From an uncultured Collinsella sp. (GTDB taxonomy: Bacteria > Actinomycetota > Coriobacteriia > Coriobacteriales > Coriobacteriaceae), in assembly GCA_959027945.1 (NCBI GenBank), contig CAUFRO010000001.1, positions 15,260 through 79,259 of the forward strand: a stretch of 64,000 nucleotides of DNA, written 5' to 3'. Of this stretch, positions 51,748-62,536 are shown in pieces; within the stretch, counting starts at the first letter, position 1; each line of letters starts with the position of its first letter. The position numbers and the translations under genes were made by a program. The notes beneath the pieces are model-generated. The model did not search any database. It had not been told where the DNA came from and saw only the letters and a program-made list of their open reading frames with translations.

Positions 51748-52300
51748 GTGAAGGAGGGCTCGAATGGCGGGCAAGCGGACGAGGCGCAGCAGCAAGAGGC
51801 GGGCTCGGAAGACGCGCAGGAGCAAGGGGAAGTGACGGCCCTGGGCGGAGCCGGCGACGACTACCAGGCGATGCTTGCGAAGCGGGACGAGCGGATCGCG
51901 GAGTTTGAGGCACAGGTGGCCGATGCCTCCGCTTCCAAGGAGGCTGCCGAGGCGCTTCGCGGTGAGATCGAGGCGGTGAAGACCGCCGCTACGGACGAGC
52001 GCGTGGAGTACGAGCTGCGCCTCGTGGGCGCTCGCAGCGTAACGGCGGCCAAGGCTCTGCTCGCGGATCACGGCGGCGACGTGGTGGCGCTCAAGGTGTC
52101 GCGCCACGTGGGCGACGGCGTGGAGAGCGGGCCAACGCCGGCGGCCCGCGCCGTGCTGGCGGAGCTTAGCGGCGCGGGGATCGCATTCTGCGGGGTGGCG
52201 TGATGCCGGGGCGGCGCCGATGCGGCGGTCGCTTCTGCCGGACGCGATGAGCGTGCGGGTGCCGTTGGAGGACGGGTTCATACGGCTCGGCGCGGGTCGT
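51748..52300 (+). pseudogene. Prophage structural-gene debris (scaffold-like coiled coil fused to fragments of downstream genes)
   Basis: AAGGAGG plus ATG at 51764 is out of frame with the acidic coiled-coil ORF; abrupt composition change after GGDVVALK; short RRSLLPDAMSVRVP fragment. Confidence 0.4.
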
Positions 52301-52489
52301 AAGGCGCGTGCGTCCCATGTAATGGGGGAAACCGCAGCCAGCGATGCTTGGTGTGTGGCGGATATGCGAGGGGGTGGCAGGCGGAAAGGGAGCTTATTCA
52401 CTTTCCCAAACCGCTCTGGTCATTTGAACGAGGCGCGATCTCTTTGAGCTTCTTGGGAGTCGGGGGCGCAGGTTCAGTGCGACAGAGCT

Positions 52490-52735
52490 GATATGTGCTC
52501 ACGTTCCGCGCAAAGTTGCCGGATTGTCGATATGAGGAGAATGCCAGACGGGCTTATCGAGGAAACCGGCCTGCTATACGTCGGCGTCACTCGCGCTCGA
52601 AAGGCGGTATATGCCTCCGCCTCGATGCAACGCAGGACAAAGTTGGGGGACTATCAGGCCACCTGTCCCTCTTGTCTAATGCCTATTCCGGGTATTGCGC
52701 CTGTGAGCTGGGCGGTGATGGATACGGAGAGCTGA
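52490..52735 (+). pseudogene. SF1 (UvrD/Rep) helicase C-terminal remnant
   Basis: EETGLLYVGVTRARKAVY resembles motif VI; the rest of the gene is absent. Confidence 0.7.
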
Positions 52736-52939
52736 CTTCTGGTGCTACGAGACGTGTCTGCTATGGCCGTGAGAGCCGGTCAGTGTTCCATATCGGGTCC
52801 AAAAAGTAAGAAAAATGCGGCTGAAGGTACAGGTACCCGCAGCCGCTAAAAGCCCTAGGGCTTTTCACAATGATTGAAGTATGCCCGATTGAGGCGGACG
52901 GGGGAAGCGCTTGGAAAGCGCGGACCATCCATCAGAGGA

Positions 52940-52959
52940 GTTCGGATGAAGTTGATATT
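52940..52959 (+). repeat. 20-bp island-boundary motif, copy 2
   Basis: GTTCGGATGAAGTTGATATT, identical to 36038-36057. Confidence 0.85.
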
Positions 52960-53073
52960 CATGGCGGCCGACGGGAATCCAAGGTGCGCCATGCTTCTTA
53001 TGTGCAGCAAAGCTAATGCTGCTAAAATACAAAGCGCTCATGTAGTTTAAACGCACGACGATAAGGAGCACCA

Positions 53074-54294
53074 GTGGGTAACCACTTCCGTACCTCCGGT
53101 GCGGGCGATGATGCCCCCAAGACGCAGCCAGGCGTCCAGGGCAGTCGTTTCGCCACTCCGGATTCAGAGGGCCAGCATGTCGATCAGGCCCCCGTTCAGC
53201 CGGCAGATCAGGCACAGCCGGCGTCAGATCCCTTTGCCTACAATCCCACCAATGATGTCGAGCTTTCCGAGGCCGCGGGTTTTGAGCCCGTGCAGAAGGT
53301 GACCGCTCGCGTGGCTCAGCCTCAGACAGATGCCGCCGCACCGCAGCCTGCCATGGCCGGCATCCCCGACCCTATGGCTCCTGCGACGCCCGCGCCGCAG
53401 CCCGCGCAGTCCGGCCTTTTTGCCGCTATTCCCGACCCCACGCAGCCCGCTGCGCCGGTGGTCGAGCGCGATCAGGCCGCCGAGGTCGCAAGTCTCGACA
53501 ACGCGCTCAACAACCCCGATTTTACGTCGGTGTTCGCGCCCATCGACCCGCAGGCGAGCCGCAAGAAGATGGCCAAGCAGGCCGGTGTCGAGCCCGTCAT
53601 CCTTATGGAGCATGTCACCAAGATCTATCCGGCACAGCCCAACAAGCCTGCACTCGACGACATCAACATCGAGATCTATCCGGGCGAGTTCGTCTTCCTG
53701 GTCGGTCACTCCGGCTCGGGTAAGACCACGCTGCTGTCGACGCTCAACCGCGACGTCAAGCCGACGAGCGGCCGCATCCTGGTTGCCGGTCAGGACCTCA
53801 TGAAGATCAAGAACCGCAAGGTTCCGTTCCTGCGCCGTCAGATTGGCGCCGTGTTCCAGGACTTTAAGCTTCTGCCGCAAAAGACCGCCTACGAAAACGT
53901 GGCGTTTGCCCTGCAGTGCATCGGCAAGCCCAAGGGCGTCATTCGCAGCCAGGTGCCCGAGGTCCTGCGTCTGGTCGGTCTGGCCGATCAGATGGACTCT
54001 TTGCCCGACCAGCTTTCCGGTGGCGAGCAGCAGCGCGTTGCCGTCGCCCGCGCTATGGTCAACCGCCCGCCGCTGTTGATCTGCGACGAGCCGACGGGCA
54101 ATCTCGACCCGGCGATTTCGCTGGGCATCATGAAGCTGCTCGAGCGCATTAACCGCACCGGCACGACCGTGATCGTGGCTACGCACGACCGCGAGATGGT
54201 CGATAGCATGCACCGTCGCGTGATCGCCCTCGAGGGCGGCCACGTTATCCGCGACCAGGAGAGAGGAGGTTACGGCAACTATGGCACCAACTAA
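53074..54294 (+). CDS. ftsE: Cell division ATPase FtsE with about 175-aa P/A/Q-rich N-terminal extension
   Basis: GHSGSGKT, VPFLRRQIG, FQDFKLL, LSGGEQQR, DEPTGNLDP; upstream of ftsX; TAAGGAG RBS before GTG. Confidence 0.95.
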   Translation: MGNHFRTSGAGDDAPKTQPGVQGSRFATPDSEGQHVDQAPVQPADQAQPASDPFAYNPTNDVELSEAAGFEPVQKVTARVAQPQTDAAAPQPAMAGIPDPMAPATPAPQPAQSGLFAAIPDPTQPAAPVVERDQAAEVASLDNALNNPDFTSVFAPIDPQASRKKMAKQAGVEPVILMEHVTKIYPAQPNKPALDDINIEIYPGEFVFLVGHSGSGKTTLLSTLNRDVKPTSGRILVAGQDLMKIKNRKVPFLRRQIGAVFQDFKLLPQKTAYENVAFALQCIGKPKGVIRSQVPEVLRLVGLADQMDSLPDQLSGGEQQRVAVARAMVNRPPLLICDEPTGNLDPAISLGIMKLLERINRTGTTVIVATHDREMVDSMHRRVIALEGGHVIRDQERGGYGNYGTN

Positions 54295-55201
54295 CGTGGG
54301 CTACTCCTTCAAGGAGGCAATCAGCCACTTCTTCCGTAACTGGACCACCTCGCTCGGCGCCGTCATCACGATTTTCCTTTCGCTGTTTATCATCGGCCTC
54401 TTCATCATGGGCTCCGCGATGCTGAACTCCGTGATCGGCACCGTCGAGGATCAGGTTGTCATCAACGCGTTCATCAGCGATGACGCCGATCAGGCCGATG
54501 TTCAGGCTTTTGAGGCCGAGCTCAAGACGTGGAGTAACGTCAAGTCCGTGACCTACAAGGACAAGGACGACGCGCTGGCCGAGTATACGAGCAAGATGTC
54601 GGGCAACGCCGACGCCACCATGAGCGCGCTCGATGGCCAGAACCCGCTGCCGGCTTCGTTTGCAATTGAGATGGACGATTCGTCCAAGGTCGAGAGCACG
54701 GCAGAGAAGCTCAAGAAGGACGCCGATTTCCAGAAGATCGCAGATGATGGCGACGTCAACGCGAGCGTGCTGTACGGCCAAGAGGAAGTGAGCCGCCTGT
54801 TCCAGGTGACCAACTACATCCGCATTGCTGCCGTGGTACTCGTCGGCCTGCTGACCTTTATCGCGTTCATCTTTATCAACAACACGATTCGCCTGTCCAT
54901 CACGGCGCGTCGTCGCGAGATCGCGATTATGCGACTGGTCGGCGCCAGCAACGGCTTCATTCGCGGCCCGTTTATCACCGAGGGTGTGCTGCAGGCCATT
55001 TTGGGCTCGCTGCTTTCCATCGGCGTGCTGGAGCTGCTGCGCAACCTGATGATTCCGCGTCTGCAGGAGAGCATCGGCTGGATGTCGTTTGCCCTGCCGA
55101 TGCAGTACTACCTGGTGACCTATGCTGCGCTGATCCTGGTCGGCGTGATTATCGGTCTCTTTGGTTCTGCCATCGCCATGCGCCGCTACCTGCGCGTGTA
55201 G
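54281..55201 (+). CDS. ftsX: Cell division permease FtsX
   Basis: NPLP, NTIRL...RRREIAIMRLVGA...FIRGPF..EG. Confidence 0.96.
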   Translation: MAPTNVGYSFKEAISHFFRNWTTSLGAVITIFLSLFIIGLFIMGSAMLNSVIGTVEDQVVINAFISDDADQADVQAFEAELKTWSNVKSVTYKDKDDALAEYTSKMSGNADATMSALDGQNPLPASFAIEMDDSSKVESTAEKLKKDADFQKIADDGDVNASVLYGQEEVSRLFQVTNYIRIAAVVLVGLLTFIAFIFINNTIRLSITARRREIAIMRLVGASNGFIRGPFITEGVLQAILGSLLSIGVLELLRNLMIPRLQESIGWMSFALPMQYYLVTYAALILVGVIIGLFGSAIAMRRYLRV

Positions 55202-55225
55202 GCATGCCTGGAATTCATTCCTTCC

Positions 55226-55259
55226 AACGGGTCGTCTCTCTTGGGGCGGCCCGTTTTTT
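55226..55259 (+). terminator. ftsEX terminator
   Basis: AACGGGTCGTCTC...GGGGCGGCCCGTTTTTT. Confidence 0.75.
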
Positions 55260-55336
55260 GATGCCTATGCGACGGCAGGATCGCGAATCATTTGGGTAGA
55301 CTCTTTGGAGTCCGCAATCGATAGTAAGGAGGCGCC

Positions 55337-57472
55337 ATGGGGCGCAACAACAAGCATAAGCACGGTGCCCGCAACAAGCGTGGACCGGTGCGCAGCGAGC
55401 GCCGCCCGAGCCTGACCGGACGCGTGCAGCTCCATGAGCACAGTGCCTATGTCATAACCGAGAACGGCGACTACAAGGTTATGGGTCGCGGTAAGCGCGA
55501 GATTATGGACGGCGATACCGTCGCCGTGAGCATTAAGAACAGCCCACATGGTGAGCGTCGTGCCGTGATTGAGGGAGTCGTCGAGCGCGCTGCCATCAGT
55601 GTGGTGGGCACGTACCAGACGGCCGGTCCGCTCGGCGTGATCGAGCCACTCGATTCGCGTCTCAAGGCCGATTTCTTTATTTTGCCCGAGGACACCTCGG
55701 CCGAGCGCTTGGGCGTTCATCCCGGTGACGCTGTGGTCGCACGCATTCTGACCTATCCGACGCGCTTGGAATCGGGCACGGTGACCATCGAGCGCCGCAT
55801 TGGCGGCGATGATGCGCCCGACTTGGGCGTTCAGTATGTGATGGCGCGTTATGGCTATACCGACAGCTATCCCGAGGCGGCGCTTGCCGAGGCCGAGGGC
55901 CTTTCGCTCGATGTGACCGCGGCGCTCAAAGATCCGCTTCGACGCGATCTGCGCGACCGCTTTATCATCACGATCGACCCGGTCGACGCTCGCGACTTTG
56001 ACGATGCCATTTCGCTGGAGCGCACGCCCGATGGCGGCTATAAGCTGGGCGTCCACATCGCCGATGTCTCGCACTATGTGGCTTGGGACGGGCATATCGA
56101 TCTTGAGGCGCGCCATCGCACGACATCGGTGTATCTGGCCGATCGCGTGCTGCCCATGCTGCCCGAGCGCTTATCGAACGACCTGTGCTCGCTTCGTCCC
56201 GACGAGGACCGTCTGGCGTTTACCGTCGATATTGAACTCGATGCGCGGGGCCGCGTTCGCCACTACGATCCCTATCCCAGTGTGATTCGCTCGCGCGTGC
56301 GCATGGACTACGACGGCGCCGAGGCGCTGTTGGTACGTGCCGGCGCGGTGGAGTATGGGGTGCTGGAGGGTGCCGCCGAGGATGTTGCAGCTGTAGAGAC
56401 TTCGCGTGAGGAGGCACTCGAGCGCGGGCTTGCGTGCGAGGAGGCCGCCCGCGGCTACAACGTCGACCTCGGCGATTTCCTTGTCGCCGCCAACGAACTC
56501 GCCGAACTCCGCCGTCGTATTCGTCGCGCCCGCGGCTCAGTCGATTTTGACACGGCCGAGATTCGTGCTCTGTTGGATGAGGACGGAGTACCCGTGCAGA
56601 TTGTGGCGCGTGAGCGTTCGTGCGCCACGTCGCTTATCGAGGAAGTCATGCTGCTCGCCAACGAGTGCGTTGCAGAGTGGCTGGCAGACCGTGATATAGA
56701 GGCCTGCTATCGCGTGCATGAGGATCCGAGCCCCGATAGCCTGCACGGTGCCGCCGTTGCGCTGGCGCAGCTAGGCATCATCGACGATCGCCGTGCTGCC
56801 GGTATTGCCCTAGGGAGCCCCGATGAGCTGCAGGCTGCAGTCGATGCTGCCGCCGGTACGGCCAACGCACCGCTCGTTAACACGCTGCTTCTGCGCAGCA
56901 TGCAGCGCGCGCTGTACAAGCCGCGCAACGAGGGCCACTTTGCGCTCGCCGCGCCGTGCTACTGTCACTTTACGAGCCCCATCCGTCGCTACCCCGATCT
57001 GGTGGTGCACCGCGTGCTCAAGCTGCAGCTGGCATACGAGCGGCTGGGCGGCAAGGACGCCCTGGTCCGCACGCCGCGCCTGATCGGTAAGGGGCGCGAG
57101 TCGCTGCCGCGCATTCTGCCCCAGATTTGTCGTGCCTGCAGCGATGCCGAGCGCGCGGCCGACGCTGCCAGCCATGCGACGCAAAAGATCAAGATCGCTC
57201 AGTACTATGAGGATCGTCTGGGCGAGCGCTATGCCGGAACGGTCTCATGGGTCAGCAGTATGGGCCTGTTCGTACGCTTGGACCTGACACAGGTCGAAGG
57301 CTTGGTTTCGATCAAGAGCCTGGGCAACGAGTGGTTCGAGTTCGACGAGGATGCGCTTACGCTGACGGGCGCCGACACGGGGACTCGCTATGAACTGGGC
57401 CAGCGCGTGATTATCGAGGTCTCGCGCGTCAATACCACGCGCGGGCACTTGGACTTTAAGCTAATCCATTAG
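55337..57472 (+). CDS. rnr: Ribonuclease R (RNB family)
   Basis: TIDPVDARDFDDA, VHIADVS, HFTSPIRRYPDL, C-terminal S1. Confidence 0.95.
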   Translation: MGRNNKHKHGARNKRGPVRSERRPSLTGRVQLHEHSAYVITENGDYKVMGRGKREIMDGDTVAVSIKNSPHGERRAVIEGVVERAAISVVGTYQTAGPLGVIEPLDSRLKADFFILPEDTSAERLGVHPGDAVVARILTYPTRLESGTVTIERRIGGDDAPDLGVQYVMARYGYTDSYPEAALAEAEGLSLDVTAALKDPLRRDLRDRFIITIDPVDARDFDDAISLERTPDGGYKLGVHIADVSHYVAWDGHIDLEARHRTTSVYLADRVLPMLPERLSNDLCSLRPDEDRLAFTVDIELDARGRVRHYDPYPSVIRSRVRMDYDGAEALLVRAGAVEYGVLEGAAEDVAAVETSREEALERGLACEEAARGYNVDLGDFLVAANELAELRRRIRRARGSVDFDTAEIRALLDEDGVPVQIVARERSCATSLIEEVMLLANECVAEWLADRDIEACYRVHEDPSPDSLHGAAVALAQLGIIDDRRAAGIALGSPDELQAAVDAAAGTANAPLVNTLLLRSMQRALYKPRNEGHFALAAPCYCHFTSPIRRYPDLVVHRVLKLQLAYERLGGKDALVRTPRLIGKGRESLPRILPQICRACSDAERAADAASHATQKIKIAQYYEDRLGERYAGTVSWVSSMGLFVRLDLTQVEGLVSIKSLGNEWFEFDEDALTLTGADTGTRYELGQRVIIEVSRVNTTRGHLDFKLIH

Positions 57473-57590
57473 CCAAATCACGACTCGTGGCGGGAGAACG
57501 GAGGGCGGTCTTTCGGGGCCGCCCTCCGCGTTTGGATCGTGACTACCTTGCCGTCTGCTCGGCTGCCCGCTTACCTGCTATTTGAGAGGT

Positions 57591-57629
57591 AAAACCTACC
57601 AAAATAAACCTGTCCCTTTTTGGCAGGTT
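57591..57629. repeat. AACCTGTCCC-loop hairpin repeat
   Basis: 35/39 identical to 36777-36815. Confidence 0.75.
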
Positions 57630-57649
57630 TACAAGAAAGCGGGGATGAG

Positions 57650-58255
57650 ATGGCGACGGTGTACGGTTATGCGCGGGTGAGCTCGCGCGATCAGAATCTG
57701 AACCGGCAGCTGGATGCGCTGGGCGCCTATGGCGTGGGCTCGGCGAATATTTATGCCGACCATGCGAGCGGCAAGGACTTCGACCGCCCGCGGTATCGCG
57801 AGCTGCTGCACGTCCTGGGAGACGGGGACGTGCTGGTGGTGCTTTCTATCGACCGACTTGGCCGTAATTACTCCGAGATTCTTGAGGAATGGCGACGCAT
57901 TACCAAGGATCTCGGGGTTGCCATTGTGGTGTTGGACATGCCATTGCTTGACACGCGCGCTAGGGCCAGCGGCGCGCCGGATGTGACCAACACCCTGATT
58001 GCCGATATTGTGCTGCAACTGCTGAGCTACGTGGCGCAGGTGGAGCGCGAGAATATCCATCGGCGCCAGGCGGAGGGAATTGCAGCGGCGCGGGCGCGAG
58101 GGGTTCGTTTCGGTCGACCTCGCAAGCCGTGCCCTCCTCAGTTTGAGCTGGTGCGCGATAGCTATGAGGCAGGCGATATTACCCGCAGCCAGGCAGCAAA
58201 GTGCCTGGGCGTGTGCGTGGGGACGTTCGATCGCTGGATGCGCGAGGCGGGGTAG
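57650..58255 (+). CDS. Small serine recombinase (resolvase/invertase)
   Basis: YGYARVSS..QN..RQ, SGKDFDRP, IDRLGRN, ERE.I..RQ.EGI, FGRP, C-terminal HTH. Confidence 0.93.
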   Translation: MATVYGYARVSSRDQNLNRQLDALGAYGVGSANIYADHASGKDFDRPRYRELLHVLGDGDVLVVLSIDRLGRNYSEILEEWRRITKDLGVAIVVLDMPLLDTRARASGAPDVTNTLIADIVLQLLSYVAQVERENIHRRQAEGIAAARARGVRFGRPRKPCPPQFELVRDSYEAGDITRSQAAKCLGVCVGTFDRWMREAG

Positions 58256-58360
58256 GGGTTTGCGTCGCTTTGTCGCTTCCTGTTGCGATTCAAATTTTGA
58301 TACGGTGACGATGCCATTTGGGGCTACACTCGCTGATATTCAAAAAAAGGAGGTAGGCCC

Positions 58361-58942
58361 TTGGCGCGCGTAAAACAAATAATCGGATGGACCGCAATTG
58401 TTCTGTTCGTTGCAACGCTGGCGGGCATCTGGGTGCTGACGGAGCAAAATGCGGTGGAGACGTCGTTGCTGAGCGAGTCTACCGCGCGTGTGGTGGAGGG
58501 CCAGGCTACGGGCGTTCAGGCTGTCGATGCCACGGGTGAAGCTCAGGCGGAGAACGGAATGACCGGGGGCACCGATTCGGCTGCCTCGAATGTCCGGTCT
58601 GGCCGACTTGCTTCCATTCGCATGTGGGTGGGCACGAACGTCCGTCGCGTTGCCCATACCGTAGAGTTTTTCTTCGTCGGATTATTCGCCTCCGTGGTCG
58701 TGGTTTGCTTTTCCAGGCGTCCGTGGAGCGTATGCTCCCGTTGCGTGCCCGTATTGCTCTTTTGCGCCGCCTGCTCCGTTGGCGATCAGGTACATAAGAT
58801 CTTTGTTCCCGGCAGGCATTTCGACGTTATCGATTTAGGATTCGATGCTGCGGGCTATGTCACCGCCATGCTGTTGGTATTGCTGGCAGCGGCGTTGGTG
58901 CGCCATGCGACTCGGCCGATCGGCGCCCATGCGAGGCGCTAG
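58361..58942 (+). CDS. VanZ-like membrane protein
   Basis: VRRVAHTVEF, DQVHKIFVPGR...D...D motifs; TTG start. Confidence 0.8.
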   Translation: MARVKQIIGWTAIVLFVATLAGIWVLTEQNAVETSLLSESTARVVEGQATGVQAVDATGEAQAENGMTGGTDSAASNVRSGRLASIRMWVGTNVRRVAHTVEFFFVGLFASVVVVCFSRRPWSVCSRCVPVLLFCAACSVGDQVHKIFVPGRHFDVIDLGFDAAGYVTAMLLVLLAAALVRHATRPIGAHARR

Positions 58943-59146
58943 CCGGTAACAAACCCGTTTCTGATAATGCGACCTTGTTGAATTATTTTGTGTCGCGCGT
59001 ATTTCCGAGCGGTCGGATTTGAGGGGCGAGCGGTAGAACGCTCGCCCTTTGTGCGCCACGATGCGGCACAATGTACCGTAAAAGCTGTTTATATCCGGTA
59101 CGAATCGTTCGTTGGTCTTTAATTCTTCTCAACGGAGGTGTTTGGG

Positions 59147-59998
59147 ATGGCAAACGGATTGCTTTTGCGGCTTCGCGAGCGTGAGCTCAGCGCGAGCCCG
59201 GCGGAACGCAATGTCATCGCATATGTAAGCGCTCATCCGCACGAGGTGGTCGGGCTGTCCGTCCGTGGTCTTGCCGATGCCACGTTCTCCTCGCCCTCGA
59301 GCATTTTGCGCTTTTGCAAGCGCTTGAGTTTTGCGGGCTACAAGGAGTTCCAGCGCGAACTGATTGCCGAGCTGGCGCTCTTGGGTGACAAGAAAGACGT
59401 TGCCCTCGAGGACATCTCCATGGATGACAGCGTCGAACGTATCGTGGGGAAGGTGATGAAAAGCAACGTGCGCACGATCGAAGCGACGGCGCGAACGCTC
59501 GATTACACCGTCTTGGAGCGATGTGCGGCCTATCTTAAGCGGGCACGCGCGGTCAATCTGTTCGGTATCGGTGCCTCTCGTTTGGTCGCGCACGATCTGG
59601 CGCAAAAGCTCATGCGTGTCGACAAAGAGTGCCATCTGTACGACGACTGGCATGATCAGCTCTTGTGTGCCAAGAACATGCATGAGGGCGATATGGCAAT
59701 CGCCTTTAGCTACTCGGGCTTGACGCAAGAGGTGCTGGACTGCACCGCCGAGGCCCAACGTCACAACTGTCCCGTTGTGGCCGTGACCAAAGTAGATGGA
59801 TCATCCAAGCTTGCCACCATGGCCGATGCCGTGCTCGGCGTCGCAGCGAGTGAGCCCTTGGTCCGCAGCGGTGCCATGGCTTCGCGTATGGCTCAGCTTA
59901 TGGTTGTCGATGCCCTGTACGCTGCTTACGTTGCCAGCGACTACGAACGAGCGACGCATGTCATTAAGCAAAACTACATCGAGAAACAGGAAAGATGA
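59147..59998 (+). CDS. murR: MurR/RpiR family regulator
   Basis: HTH_6 (SILRFCKRL...GYKEF) plus SIS domain (GIGAS, SYSG); upstream of murQ. Confidence 0.88.
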   Translation: MANGLLLRLRERELSASPAERNVIAYVSAHPHEVVGLSVRGLADATFSSPSSILRFCKRLSFAGYKEFQRELIAELALLGDKKDVALEDISMDDSVERIVGKVMKSNVRTIEATARTLDYTVLERCAAYLKRARAVNLFGIGASRLVAHDLAQKLMRVDKECHLYDDWHDQLLCAKNMHEGDMAIAFSYSGLTQEVLDCTAEAQRHNCPVVAVTKVDGSSKLATMADAVLGVAASEPLVRSGAMASRMAQLMVVDALYAAYVASDYERATHVIKQNYIEKQER

Positions 59999-60008
59999 GG
60001 TGAATGAA

Positions 60009-60932
<924 letters not shown>

Positions 60933-60989
60933 GTGCGCGGCGTGAGCTGATATGACATCCAGACGAGATACCCAATACAAGGAGGAGTT

Positions 60990-62420
60990 ATGACGAACAA
61001 AGAGCTGGCTCAAAAGCTGCTGGACCTTTTGGGCGGTAAAGACAACGTGCTGGCAAACGCGGCGTGCATGACGCGCCTGCGCGTGACCGTCAAAGACACG
61101 GGCAGCGTCGACACGGAGGGCATTAAGGCACTCGACGGCGTGATGGGCCTGGTCGAGGACGACACGATGCAGATCGTGCTGGGGCCGGGCAAGGTGAATA
61201 AGGTGCTCGAAGAGTTCTCCAAGCTCACCGGCCTTGCGAAAGGCGTTGCTGACGAGAGCGTGGTTGACGCTGCGGCCACAAACAAGGCCGCGCAGAAGGC
61301 CAAGTACGAGTCCAAACCGGTTCAGGCCTTCCTTAAGAAGATTTCCAACGTCTTCGTCGCTCTGCTTCCCGGCATCATTGCGGCTGGCCTCATTAACGGT
61401 ATCTGCAACGTCATCAATGTCTCGACGGCGGGTGCGCTTGCGGGCGAGTGGTGGTATCAGGGCATTCGTTCCATGGGTTGGGCACTCTTCGCCTATCTGC
61501 CCATTTTGGTGGGCTATAACGCGGCGCGCGAGTTTGGTGGCTCCGCTGCACTGGGCGGTATCGCCGGCATGATGTGCATCGCCAACAGTGCCATGCCCCT
61601 GCTTGCGCCTGGCGCTGCTGATCCTGCCACTGCCATTCTGCTGCCGCTCACCAATGCGCAGTACAACCCCGCAGCGGGCGGTATGATCGCGGCTCTCATC
61701 GCTGGTGCGTTTTTCGCCTGGATGGAGCGTCAGATTCGCAAGGTCATGCCTAACGCGCTCGATACGTTCCTGTCCCCGCTGCTGGTGCTCATCATCGGCG
61801 CCTTTGCTCTGATGCTCGTCATCCAGCCGGTTGGCGCATGGCTGACGACTGCCATCTTTAGCGTTTTGACCTTTATCTTCGAGAAGCTGGGCGTCCTGGG
61901 TGGCTATATCCTGTCGGCAGGCTTCTTGCCGCTGGTTTCCGTCGGCCTGCATCAGGCGCTCACGCCGATCCACGCTATGCTCAACGATCCCGACGGTGCT
62001 ACCAAGGGCATCAATTACTTGCTTCCCATCCTTATGATGGCTGGCGGCGGCCAGGTCGGTGCCGGTCTGGCGCTGTACTTTAAGACCAAGAACGCCAGGC
62101 TCAAGAAGTACGTCGCAGAGTCCATTCCCGTTGGAATCCTCGGTGTGGGCGAGCCTCTGATGTATGCCGTTACGCTGCCGCTCGTTCGTCCGTTTGTGAC
62201 GGCCTGCCTGGGTGCCGGATTTGGCGGCGCGCTCGCGGCGCTGCTTCACATCGGCACGGTTTCTCAGGGCGTTTCCGGTCTGTTTGGCCTGCTGATCGTC
62301 GTTCCTGGCCAGCAGCTCGGCTACGTTGCCGCTATGCTGCTTGCCTATGCCGCCGGCTTTGTCCTGACGTGGTTCTTTGGCGTCGACGAGCAGAAGATCA
62401 ACGAGTTCTTTGGCGAATAG
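60990..62420 (+). CDS. murP: PTS EIIBC, MurNAc-type
   Basis: CMTRLR EIIB motif, QIVLGPG, GLHQ, GVGEPLMY; in the murQ operon. Confidence 0.85.
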   Translation: MTNKELAQKLLDLLGGKDNVLANAACMTRLRVTVKDTGSVDTEGIKALDGVMGLVEDDTMQIVLGPGKVNKVLEEFSKLTGLAKGVADESVVDAAATNKAAQKAKYESKPVQAFLKKISNVFVALLPGIIAAGLINGICNVINVSTAGALAGEWWYQGIRSMGWALFAYLPILVGYNAAREFGGSAALGGIAGMMCIANSAMPLLAPGAADPATAILLPLTNAQYNPAAGGMIAALIAGAFFAWMERQIRKVMPNALDTFLSPLLVLIIGAFALMLVIQPVGAWLTTAIFSVLTFIFEKLGVLGGYILSAGFLPLVSVGLHQALTPIHAMLNDPDGATKGINYLLPILMMAGGGQVGAGLALYFKTKNARLKKYVAESIPVGILGVGEPLMYAVTLPLVRPFVTACLGAGFGGALAALLHIGTVSQGVSGLFGLLIVVPGQQLGYVAAMLLAYAAGFVLTWFFGVDEQKINEFFGE

Positions 62421-62536
62421 TTTGATATCGCGAGCCGTGTTGCTCAGGGCTCGCGGCGCGCGGCAGATTTCTTGATGCTATGGTTGTGCCGGCGGGGCTA
62501 ACTGCTCCGCCGGCCTTTTTAAAGGAGCGTTGAAAC

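Larger units (their letters stand above)
44050..52959. mobile_element. Accessory/defence island 2 (boundaries approximate; no intact integrase)
   Basis: Lies between the transketolase terminator and ftsE; contains a lower-GC TA cassette, phage-like and helicase remnants; 20-bp boundary motif at 52940. Confidence 0.6.

Noticed and set aside
58361..58942. vanZ as a glycopeptide-resistance determinant
   Set aside because: Stand-alone VanZ-like genes are widespread and no other van genes are present
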